64,000 nucleotides of DNA from Octopus bimaculoides (taxonomy: Eukaryota), in contig NC_068985.1 of NCBI RefSeq assembly GCF_001194135.2, positions 81,467,466 through 81,531,465 of the forward strand, read 5' to 3'. The notes below the pieces were generated by a model. That model was not told the DNA's origin, did not search any database, and saw only the letters and a program-made list of their open reading frames with translations. The position numbers and the translations under genes are program-made. Each line of letters begins with the position of its first letter. Positions within the stretch are counted from its first letter, which is position 1. Of this stretch, positions 11,284 to 22,700 are shown piece after piece.

Positions 11284-12859
11284 TGTAAGAAACAGTAAAG
11301 TACTGAATTTTTATTTTAACATTCTACATTCAGATTCAACTTAAGTAGCAGCATTTAGTCAATAGGACTACATAACAGACAATACTAATTTCTTCTAATA
11401 TTATTTGAGTTTGAGCTAATTAAAGGAATTATTAACTGAATATCAGTAAAAGTGTTAATCAATGAAAAAGATGTGGAAATATTAAACACCATATTTATTT
11501 ACGTATATGTTCTTTTATTGGAAAACATGGTCGTATGATTTCCATTGTGTAGATTTTACAGGAGGTGCGTTTTTTATAGCTTACATCAGTGAAGTTCAAA
11601 GTTCATTTAAAATTTGCTTGACTTTTGTTTCTTTTGTTATATTTCTAATAAAACTCGCTAAAGACTATCTTTTCCATACATCGTAATATTAAGGAAATAA
11701 TCAGTGCGTATCATACAGGAGAGATATTTTTCCAGGATTTCATTGCCTATAATTAAGGTACATTATACATAAATATAGTAAATATTATACATAAATATAG
11801 TAAAAATCAATACATAAATAAAAGGGAGGAAATAAATAAACAGCTTTTAAATAATATGAAGAAGAGTATAAAACTAATACAACATAAGTATAATCCTATT
11901 TATTTTAAGTTCATTTGTTGTTGATCCTGCCGTTCTTAATTAATATTTTCTCAACTTGAAGTAAAAAATATTAGATTAAGATTATGTCAATATAACAACG
12001 AGACAAAACCTTACAAACAACTTTAAAGTTGGAACAAGGTTTCATTTATCTTAAATTTGTTCAGTGTTTGGCTGTTTAAGGATCTGATTATTTTCAGCAA
12101 TGTTTTTTTGCTCTGCTTGATAAGAATGCTTTGTCTACATACAATCCTTTTTTCAATGTATTCAGTAAAAAATTTAGAGCTATTATATAATACTAATTGT
12201 CTTAAAGTTATAAGAATTTTTTTTTTTTTTACTAAATCTTTAATGGTGTCTATAAATATTACACAAAAAGCAAAAATACAAGACAAATGAATTTTTGTGA
12301 TAGACCGAACTGAAAAACGAAAGGCGACAAACTAAATTATATTTCTGTTGTATCGTGGAATAGAAACATTTGTTTTCAATTATTTGCTAATAAATGTGCC
12401 TCGGCGGTTTTCTCCACACTTCTTTGACTTATTCATGGATTTTTCTGCATTTGTGAGCAGGTTAGAGAAATGTAATGAATTATCTTGTAACTTATGACCA
12501 ATTAGAAAAAATATAGAATTGAATAAAACATCATAACCACAGATATTGCATGCTTTTACTTCTTGACAAAATACCTTTTCCACAATACAACAATATTTGT
12601 TTCAACAAATTAGTTTAGATAAAAAGATTTTGTAAAAATGTACATGAAAAAGAAAAAAAAAACAAGGACTAATTAATGTCGCTGATATATTTTATGATGA
12701 CGGTGATGATAACGACGAGGATGACGATAGCGTTGACGTTGATCACTAAGCTTTTGAGTAAAATTCCACAAAATTCAGTTTTGGTTTCCATGGTGGTAGA
12801 CTTAGTCCATGACATTGTTTCAATTTCAAACCGAACAGTGGACACAATTCAAAACACTC

Positions 12860-13140
12860 GATGGCATAGACCGAAGGTAATGAACCTTTCAACGCAACAG
12901 ATTCCAATTCTTTCCAAAGGACTAAAGTTTCCCCAAATTTACCACAACATTCCAAATTAATGAAACACAGAATGATGTCCAATAATTTCGTAGAAAATTG
13001 CGTGTAACTGAAGAATGGTTCGACAAAGAAATTAATTATGAATCAATGCTTCATAATAAAAACAACTGCAGCCCGACAAAGCGTTGGAACTAAACGCTGG
13101 ACACAAATTTTGTGATTTTGTAACCAGTTTTCCTTAATTT
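12860..13140 (+). pseudogene. Decayed PLE pre-RT (N-terminal) region
   Basis: VMNLS...ILSKGLKF and FRRKLRV...F motifs, as recalled for PLE N-terminal regions; stops and frameshifts; abuts the PLE 3' end at ~13160. Confidence 0.6.
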
Positions 13141-13159
13141 ATTACTACATCCGAAATTA

Positions 13160-13495
13160 TATGAGCAGTATATGGGAACCGGTATTAAGTAAGGATAGGA
13201 AAATATTAAATTTTTAAGCCCTATAATTCACTCCATGATTGCCCATGGTCATACAGCATAGTGGTTAAGAGTATGGGCTACTAACCCAAAGATTCTGAGT
13301 TCGTATTCCAGGCAGTGACCTGAATAACAATAAAAATAATAACATCGAAAAATATCTTAGGAATGAAAACCCAGGTTCGAAATTTCCCCAAGACACCTGA
13401 TGAAGGTTGGAGGGTATATCAGCCGAAACGTTGTGTTAACAACAAACAAGATCTGTAAATAAAGTACATAATTTCTCATCTCTTAAATATAGAAC
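13160..13495 (+). mobile_element. PLE ORF end + tRNA cassette + hammerhead + tail
   Basis: MSSIWEPVLSKDRKILNF* (compare MNSIWEPVLKKNRRILDL* at 1920), then a diverged tRNA head (~13247), (AAT)n, body, hammerhead and tail. Confidence 0.9.
13392..13437 (+). ncRNA. Minimal type I hammerhead ribozyme
   Basis: GACAC-CTGATGA-A-GGTTG-GAGGGTATAT-CAGCC-GAAAC-GTT-GTGTT; both substitutions relative to the 1838 copy give G.U wobbles. Confidence 0.85.
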
Positions 13496-14384
13496 AACAT
13501 AGGATCTTTTTTTGTTGGCTTCTATATTCATGTTTCTGTTTACCAATATAAATCAGTGCATCGATTTGTATCCCTTTATCTGAACAGAAATTTAACTTAG
13601 CAATTCAGTAAAGAAAAAAAATGTGATCAGTATAAAATAAGAACTGGGGGTCAGTATAATTAACAAAAACATATGATGACTATGCCCCTAACATGGTGGC
13701 AGTCGTATAACTGAAACCTGTAAATTAATAAAGGCATAAAAGAATATGAATTGCTACTGCCAAAAATTGAACCTAGGTCTCGTGAATCAAAGCTCAACTC
13801 CTTAAATATCTGGTGTGCAGAAAACTTCTATTTAACATTTTCATTGACAAGGTTATACCGTTTTAGCCTTTCCTGCCAACACCTCTTCCGCTTTCGTATA
13901 TATTTATTTCTTTAAGAAGATGGGAAAAATAGAAAAATAGAAACAAAAATAAAAATAAAAATAAAAATATTGAATAGCTTCCATTTTGGAATATATCTAG
14001 ACCCTTTCAATCTCCAGTAAGTTTGATCCCCATCAACTTCTATGAACCTCCACCTTTTATTTATATATTTATTTATCTATTTATGTATTTATTTATTTAT
14101 TTATTTTCTAACTACTTCTATATGTTTTCTTATCACCTCTGATCTCATTTTATTGGACTTTCTTCCTGCCTTTGACTTTGAATTTTTCACAACATGGAAG
14201 CTTCACCTCACCCATCTTCTCCCTCTCTCTCTATTCCTGTCTTCCTTCTTTCCCAATCTCTTTCTCTCCCCCTCTCTCTCTCACTCATTCTCTTTCAGCT
14301 GACACTACCAGGTACATTATAAAGGGAACCACAAAAAGGTAATATATGTGTGTGTGTGTGTATGTGTGTGTGTGTGCATACATA

Positions 14385-14415
<31 letters not shown>

Positions 14416-14978
14416 NNNNNNNNNNNNNNNNNNNNNNNNNNNNNNNNNNNNNNNNNNNNNNNNNNNNNNNNNNNNNNNNNNNNNNNNNNNNNNNNNNNNN
14501 NNNNNNNNNNNNNNNNNNNNNNNNNNNNNNNNNNNNNNNNNNNNNNNNNNNNNNNNNNNNNNNNNNNNNNNNNNNNNNNNNNNNNNNNNNNNNNNNNNNN
14601 NNNATACATATATATATATACATACAAGCATATAAATGAATTGGCACATACATACAAGTACAGAGACAGAAAGAGAAAGAAAGATAATATAACCTTTTTT
14701 TCAGTCATCCACTCTGTTAAAAAACAAAATGGAAAACAACAAAAACAACAAAAAACGAAAAACAAAACAAAGTAAAATAAAAAAAAAAAATCAGAGGTCA
14801 TAACCTCTCAACTGAGATACTGTCATATTTCTCTTGCCATAAACTACAGCCATTGAACAATCAAGTAAGTGCAAAGATGCCTGAAGATGCTTATATTCTT
14901 TGCTGTGGTGTGTAAGAAGGCAAAAATCAATGAAAGCACTTTGTTCCCACTGTTGTCCCTTTAACAAATACTACTTAC

Positions 14979-15027
14979 ATGAATGATGATGCATCAGGCA
15001 GATTACAGCTATCATTTGTTTTCTTTC
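14979..15027 (-). other. Candidate 49-nt internal exon of an unidentified gene
   Basis: Long pyrimidine tract ending ...cactctcttttacttag, then 49 nt, then GTAAGT. Two of three frames are open. No homology recognised. Confidence 0.35.
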
Positions 15028-15952
15028 CTAAGTAAAAGAGAGTGAAAAGGGGAAGAAAGACAGAGTGAAAAGTGGGAGTGGGTGAGAGTGAGAGTGAGAG
15101 CAGTATCAGCAGCAAAAAGATTATTGCTGTTGTATCTGCGACATATCAGTTCAGAAGCATAAAGGAGTTAGAAATGTAATAGTAAACCCTGCAGAAGCTG
15201 AAGTAAAATAAGCATATATGTGTATGTGTGTGTATGCATGTGATGACATTACATGCATACATACATACATACATACATACATACATACATACATACACAC
15301 ATACATACATACATACATACGTTCATACATACATATATANNNNNNNNNNNNNNNNNNNNNNNNNNNNNNNNNNNNNNNNNNNNNNNNNNNNNNNNNNNNN
15401 NNNNNNNNNNNNNNNNNNNNNNNNNNNNNNNNNNNNNNNNNNNNNNNNNNNNNNNNNNNNNNNNNNNNNNNNNNNNNNNNNNNNNNNNNNNNNNNNNNNN
15501 NNNNNNNNNNNNNNNNNNNNNNNNNNNNNNNNNNNNNNNNNNNNNNNNNNNNNNNNNNNNNNNNNNNNNNNNNNNNNNNNNNNNNNNNNNNNNNNNNNNN
15601 NNNNNNNNNNNNNNNNNNNNNNNNNNNNNNNNNNNNNNNNNNNNNNNNNNNNNNNNNNNNNNNNNNNNNNNNNNNNNNNNNNNNNNNNNNNNNNNNNNNN
15701 NNNNNNNNNNNNNNNNNNNNNNNNNNNNNNNNNNNNNNNNNNNNNNNNNNNNNNNATGTATATGCATATAAAATCATTTTAACAATTAGATATCTTCAAA
15801 AGAATTACTAGTAAGCCTGGAAAATATGCAAATTGAATATTATCGCATTATATAATTTGTTTATGCAAAAGCTTTCTAAAAATGCATACATACATATTGT
15901 ATGTATGTATGTACGTATGTATGTATGTATATATATGCATATATTACACACA

Positions 15953-15996
<44 letters not shown>

Positions 15997-16599
15997 CACA
16001 CACACACACACGAACACACATGCATGTATATATATATATATATAGGCAAAAGAAAAGAAAATACAAAATACATATTTTTGTATAAATTCTAATTCTAAAT
16101 AAGACATGATGCAAAGACCAGTAACAACAACCATAAACATCATTTTTAAAAAAAATGAATTCAAAGTATACCTTCCTCAAGGAATAATGTAAGATTAACT
16201 ATTTATTATCCAAATTAAACATATTAAAAAGGAAAAAACATATTTACTTTTATTGATATTTTGCCAACATTCTCAATTTAATCTGTATATTTGCATTCTG
16301 CCAAGAGGCAGCCTTTCTCCTAAAATGTCTGCCAGATGCTGACAACAAAGGCATTACAGTAACAAAATTCAATTAGATTTAAATTCAAACTCTTGATCAT
16401 GGCACACCTTACTTGTAAGTGTTTCATAATCTAAAATCCACTCTTTCACTTTTCTATTGTTATTGCCTGCTCATATTTTCTTATTTAAGTTTTCTCCTTC
16501 TTTACCTAATAATATAAACCTACCAACCAATTTTCATATGATTAATTCAACCAAAGTGCACACATATGCATGCACACACACGCACACACACACACACAT

Positions 16600-16643
<44 letters not shown>

Positions 16644-17098
16644 ATGCCAAATGTATTAAGATACATTTGGCATATATTTATAATCACAATTTCATAAGGA
16701 AACATATAGCTTATAGAGGCATAAACACATATATACAATCATATACAATTCTGCATGCTTGTATATGTCTTTATATGCTTGTGTGTGTGTGTAATTATTT
16801 GTGTATTTGTGAGTATATTTATGTGTGTGTTTATGTGTATCATTATGCAAGATTGCAAGATTTTCCATGTACACCTTTCAAGCTATTGGAATCACACCCA
16901 CAAGCTTTTCCTTTACAGTTTGTCGAAATGTTTCTCATAAGAACTCTTTTGTGTAATTTGCTCCTCCTCCTTCCTTTTAAATCATTAATATTTCTTTCTT
17001 CAAACATTTCTACCTCTCCTTTATACATACATACATATGTATATACATATTCATACATACATATGTTATATATATATCTGTGTGTGTGTGCGTGTGTG

Positions 17099-17134
<36 letters not shown>

Positions 17135-17142
17135 TCTATACA

Positions 17143-17176
<34 letters not shown>

Positions 17177-17200
17177 AATATATTTATATATATATATATG

Positions 17201-17243
<43 letters not shown>

Positions 17244-18440
17244 ACACAAGACTTTTTCTTTCTTAACAACTTTAAAAGAAAATATTTTCCACCTCACCTC
17301 ATAATCTGAAAACCTGTATGATTTAACAACATCCCATTTCTAAAAAATGTACCAAGGTTAGCATCCATACGAGTTTTGCTGCTTTTGTCAACATTTACTA
17401 TAATATTTATTGTTATTCAATAAATGTTTTCAAAGTATGTTACAAAAGCTCGGTTGGTGCTTCGCTCTGCGAGTGAAAAAGTTTCACTTATGCTTTCATA
17501 ACAAAAATGCTTCTAGTTTATTACCCTTTCTCAGCACACACTTTTGTTGTGTATACATACATAAATACAATAATTCATACATACATACATACATACATAC
17601 ACACATACATAAATACATACATACATACATACATATATACATGCATGCATACAAGCATGCATACATATGTACATATATGAATGCATAAATAAAGGCATGT
17701 CTATTATGAATATGCATTTATACACACAAATACAATAAACATAAATTAATAGTTCTTTATGTCTTCAGAAATTGCGTATATGTATGCATCATCATCATCA
17801 TCATCATCATCATCATTGTAGTTGTGAACATTATCATCATTGTTGCCATCATAACCATCATCATTGCAGCTGTCATCGTCATCATCATCATCATGAGTGG
17901 ATGAAATTTCCTTCAATATATTGGTATCTTAAAAAACATTGAATTGAACACACACACACACACACACACACACTCATATATAAATGCATACACACACACA
18001 CACTCATATATAAATGCATACACACACACTCATATATACATGCATACACACACACTCTCACTTACACCACCCCACCCTGAACTCAAATCCTTTCATACTC
18101 TTTTAGAAATAAAGGATACAGACAATATAGCACTTTTCTACATCAGGTAATAATGTACTCCTAGATACTTTGTCCTCAACCCTCAACTCCTGATGGACTT
18201 GAAGGTGCACCAACATGTCATATAGTGTATCTGGTGGAGGAGAGCAGGGAGAAGAAAGATAGACCTCATTTTCAGACTGGAACTTTATCAAAAGATGGAA
18301 AACAGAATTGACACTGGTTGGATGTGAGACTGGAACAAATACAGCAAAGCATTCTGATAACACATTGACTTGTTATGCTCGACTTGAGGCACAAAAACGG
18401 AGAGGTCATGGCTGGAATACTTATGTTTACAAGTCTTTGA

Positions 18441-18780
18441 TAAAGGGTAAAGACCCCTTCAGACATGATTGATCATGGGATTGCACTTAGAAAATTACCC
18501 TCAGAGGCACAAGTCTGGGCAAGGTTGTTTATAGAAGATCAGCAGTGCCCATGCATACCGGCCTCCCCTCTCCACGCCACCGATGTTATCCTAGGGAAAG
18601 GCAAAGCCCGATACAGCTTGAGACCAGTGATGTTGCAATTCATTTTTACAGTTGAGTAAACTGGAGCAATATGAAATAAAATGTTTCGCTCAAGAATACA
18701 ACACACAGCCCCATCCAGGAATCGGACTCTCTACCTCACGATTGTGAGCCTGAAGCTCTAACCATTGAGCAGTGCACCCT
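18441..18780 (-). mobile_element. tRNA-derived SINE with CORE-like middle (family D), copy 1
   Basis: tRNA-like head, CTTGAGCGAAACATTTTATTTCA...CAACTGTAAAAATGA middle resembling the CORE domain, tail shared with copy 2. Confidence 0.7.
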
Positions 18781-18798
18781 TACATCATATATACATGT

Positions 18799-19138
18799 AT
18801 AAAGAACCCCTTCAGTTATGATTGACCATGGGATTGCACCTAAAAATTTACCTTCCAAGGCACAAGTCCAGGCAAGGTTGTTCTATAGAAGACCAGAAAT
18901 CGCCCATGCATACCAGCCTCCCCTCTTCGTGCCACTGATGTTATCCAAGAGAAAACAATGATGGCCGATACAGCTCGGCACCAGTGACATCGCACCGCAT
19001 TTCTACCGCTGAATGAACTAGAGCAATGTGAAATAAAGTGTCTTGCTCAAGAGAGCACAACACACAGCCCAGTCCGGGAATCGAACTCATTACTTCATGA
19101 TTGTGAGCCTGACGCTTTAACTTAGCCATGCACCTTCA
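18799..19138 (-). mobile_element. tRNA-derived SINE with CORE-like middle (family D), copy 2
   Basis: Tandem, diverged copy of 18441-18780; B box GAGTTCGATTC on the minus strand. Confidence 0.7.
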
Positions 19139-19194
19139 AGTTCACGAAACTAGTTTCACAAGTCTAACCATGATTAAAATCAACCTTCATATAA

Positions 19195-19630
19195 ATTCAG
19201 GGTAAATATGTACAACATTCAGTTCACCAACCTAGGAAAACCTTTAGAGAGTCCAGGCAGCAACTTTCTGGTTAGAGTGAAAAAATAATAAATGTACAAC
19301 AAATTAGGATTTAATTTTGCTAATATATAATACTCTGTAATTAGCAGAAATCTGGATAGCATAAGTCTGATGACTGATTTCTTTACTACTTCGGTAGACT
19401 GAAAAATGCAAATTCAGGATAAATATCTACAACATTTAGTTCACTAACCTAGGAAAACCTGTAATGGATCCAGGTATCAACTTTCTGGATGGAATGGAAA
19501 AATAATAGAAGAATATTAAAAGTACATAAAAAAGGTTGCTAATATACTGCACATTGTAATGAGCAGAAATCTGGATAACATATGCTTCATGGCATAGAAT
19601 TCTTTAAAACTTCAGTAAACTGAAAAAAAG
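19195..19630. repeat. Diverged tandem duplication, unit ~220 bp
   Basis: Blocks such as TACAACATT.AGTTCAC.AACCTAGGAAAACCT and AGCAGAAATCTGGATA occur twice about 220 bp apart. Confidence 0.75.
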
Positions 19631-20595
19631 TGAGGTTTGAAAATGAAAATAATTTTAATTCTAAAATAACGATGTGTATAAATTTATAATGTATATACTA
19701 ACGCGATGTGGCACTAGGTACGATAATTTGTCTCATAGAAACTTCTTTTAAGATGTTTTTTGTGTTAAAAATATAGTTCTCTCTCATAATGATGTCAGTG
19801 GATTGTCAAACACTGATATTTCAGCTTTATTTAGGCTCCTCGTGGGGTGGACTCTCATGGTAATTGTGAGCTAAGTCAGAACTTTTATATTGATAAAGAA
19901 ATCAGCAAACAAAATATGCACTGGACAGGATTGAGAATGTCCGGGTGTTATCATTAAGGTGAAACAGCAGCGTCTGATGATCCACTGGTATCAATCTGTG
20001 AGAGTTATTTTCTTTAACACACAATCTCTCTGAGACAAAATATTCCTGTCTACGTTTATGCATACATTATAATTGTTAAACATATCATTATGTTAATCTG
20101 TTACTGTTTCGAGAGCATATTTTGACTTAACCCATATTTGCCCATAAAAAAATTTCACTGAATTTAGATTAAACGTTATGGTAAACTTTCACAATCTGGA
20201 AGGGAGGGACAGCATGCAACTGTTAGCTACGGGTGTCGACTACCTACTGTACATTTCATATACTTAGTCAGATGCTTCTCGGCGAGTTCATATCCAAACA
20301 AGTAGGGGTAAGTTTTGCGTTGCGAAAACGCAAGCCAGAGAATATTGTGATTGCTGATTTCTTTATTAAAACGAAAGTTCCAGCCTTGCTTAGAATAGCT
20401 GGTGGTACTCATCACTGAAGAGGTTAAATGAAACTGAAAAATCCTGTGTCATATGACGCATAACGTCAGTCTGAACGAGCTGTTTTATGTATGCATATTG
20501 ATGTAATAAAGCTTTGGTCAACTGGTGCTATAGCAGAAGACTCTTGGCAAAGGTGCCATGCTGGGAAGCAAACTACGTAACTACACAGCCATGCC

Positions 20596-20638
<43 letters not shown>

Positions 20639-20991
20639 GCGTGTGTACGTGCGTGTATATATATGTGTGTGGGGGATGTTGATATTTCACAGCTTGTCAT
20701 TGCTTGAGTGAAATGTGCTGTCTTGATGTTTGTATTCTTTTGTTGATATTGCAACTGATCACTCTGCACTTTTGAAGACTCGTGGGATCAAAGAAATCCT
20801 TGACTTGAAAAGACAGGTTAAGGGTGGTAGCAAGAAAAGCATCTAGCCATAAAATCCTGCCTCAAATAAGTCATTGTCTACCCCATGATTGCATGGAAAA
20901 ACAAACATTAGATGAATGAATACACGATAAGACTTCAAATATATATCTATGGAAAATAATACATTGCTACAAATTTCCAACCTAGGTAATA

Positions 20992-21538
20992 TCTATCAAA
21001 GGAGAGTGCAATCTTACAATAATTCTGCGTGTCATTCCGTTACTTAGCCTGTCCGTAACGCTTCCACGTGATTAGTTGAATGGAAGAGGCGAAGGATGAG
21101 AGAGGGGGAGATGGGAGGGATGGGAGATGGGAGGGATGGGAGGTGGAGTGGGGAGGAAGAGGTTGTGGCGTGTGAAATATGCAATTTTGTTTCAGAACTA
21201 GTTTTTTTTCTCCGTTACTTAACCCGTCTGTAACGTAATTAGTTGAAGGGAAAGGCGAAGAGCGAAAGAAAAAAAGAGAAAGAAAAAGAGGGTAAGGCGA
21301 GGAGTGAATGAGAAAGAAGAAGAAGAGTGCCGTGTATCAAGTCTATAGACTTATGCATAAAGTATATAAAGTGTTTATATAAAGTGCATTAAGTAATCAT
21401 CGTATTCCAATTTTTTTCACTTTTCAATGAGTAGCAGACACAATACAGGCTACGCTCTCAGGGTTTTTAAATAAATTTTTCAGAAATGATCCAATAAATT
21501 TACCATTAATTCCGTGAAATATTCACGGGTCCCGCTAA
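20992..21538 (+). mobile_element. Non-autonomous Helitron-like element
   Basis: 3' hairpin CCGTGAA-ATA-TTCACGG followed by GTCCCG-CTAA (CTRR) then T; candidate 5' TC preceded by A at 20991-20993. The 5' boundary is tentative. Confidence 0.5.
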
Positions 21539-21590
21539 TGAATAAATAACAGGCTAATAATAACATTTAGTGTAAGAATATAAAAACTAT

Positions 21591-21890
21591 GAGGACTCAT
21601 GGCCTAGTGGTTAGGTATCACGATTTCACAATCGTGGTTTCAATTCTTAGAGCAGGTGGTGCACTGTGTTCTTGAGCAAAACACTTCATCTTACACTGCT
21701 CTGCGATCACTTCGACTCGTAGTACACCGTACACCTGTTCAGGCAACGTCGATTTGACGGAGGGAGTGAGCTAATGTACAGCACATACATTTGGTCACTA
21801 TAAACAAATCATTTGTGCAGGTCGGTCGGCAAAGCTGCATATACATACGCTGTCCTCACCGAGAAAGTCCGTCGTAAAACCTATAGGGCG
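21591..21890 (+). mobile_element. tRNA-derived SINE with CORE-like start, decayed
   Basis: TGGCCTAGTGG A box, GGTTTCAATTC B-like box, then GTTCTTGAGCAAAACACTTCAT. Confidence 0.55.
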
Positions 21891-21962
21891 TGATGTTAAT
21901 AACCCGAATACATAAAATGCTTACTTAAATATATATATACATGCATATATATATATCTTTAA

Positions 21963-22192
21963 CCCTTACCGAGTTCTCATACTGGATATATGCGACGCAG
22001 TAAATATTCTCTGCAGACATATTCCTGGAATTAGCGCGCCAAAACGAAGACTTTTGAATTTTACCATTAAGCTGTAATTAGCAGAACCATATACACGCGC
22101 ACCTATGGCGGTGGGCAACTTTGTATGGGGTTCTGATGATTATGGCTCCATTACAAATCAGGTTGAAGAGAAATAGACAGTCGGTAAGATTG
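21963..22192. mobile_element. Possible piggyBac-like MITE
   Basis: TTAA-CCCTTACCGA on the left and TCGGTAAG-ATTG-TTAA on the right; imperfect TIR. Confidence 0.35.
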
Positions 22193-22648
22193 TTAAATTT
22201 TGAAACCGGTCCCTGTTTAATAATGTTTCTTTTCGGTGATTTTAAATATCTTGCCCGCTTACGTTTTGGTATCACGCTATATTTCATGTTAAGAACAATT
22301 TAGGTCTTATTAGACACAAGATGTGATCTATTTCTAGNNNNNNNNNNNNNNNNNNNNNNNNNNNNNNNNNNNNNNNNNNNNNNNNNNNNNNNNNNNNNNN
22401 NNNNNNNNNNNNNNNNNNNNNNNNNNNNNNNNNNNNNNNNNNNNNNNNNNNNNNNNNNNNNNNNNNNNNNNNNNNNNNNNNNNNNNNNNNNNNNNNNNNN
22501 NNNNNNNNNNNNNNNNNNNNNNNNNNNNNNNNNNNNNNNNNNNNNNNNNNNNNNNNNNNNNNNNNNNNNNNNNNNNNNNNNNNNNNNNNNNNNNNNNNNN
22601 NNNNNNNNNNNNNNNNNNNNNNNNNNNNNNNNNNNNNNNNNNNNNNNN

Positions 22649-22700
<52 letters not shown>

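Noticed and set aside
14285-17725. Many long ORFs rich in H/T/Y/I/C/V or X (also near 39600, 47200, 50650, 54800, 59150)
   Set aside because: They are translations of (CA)n, (AT)n, (ACAT)n tracts and N gaps, not genes.
18150-18420. Possible ancient LINE RT fragment (KAF-like motif)
   Set aside because: Too decayed to assign by eye.
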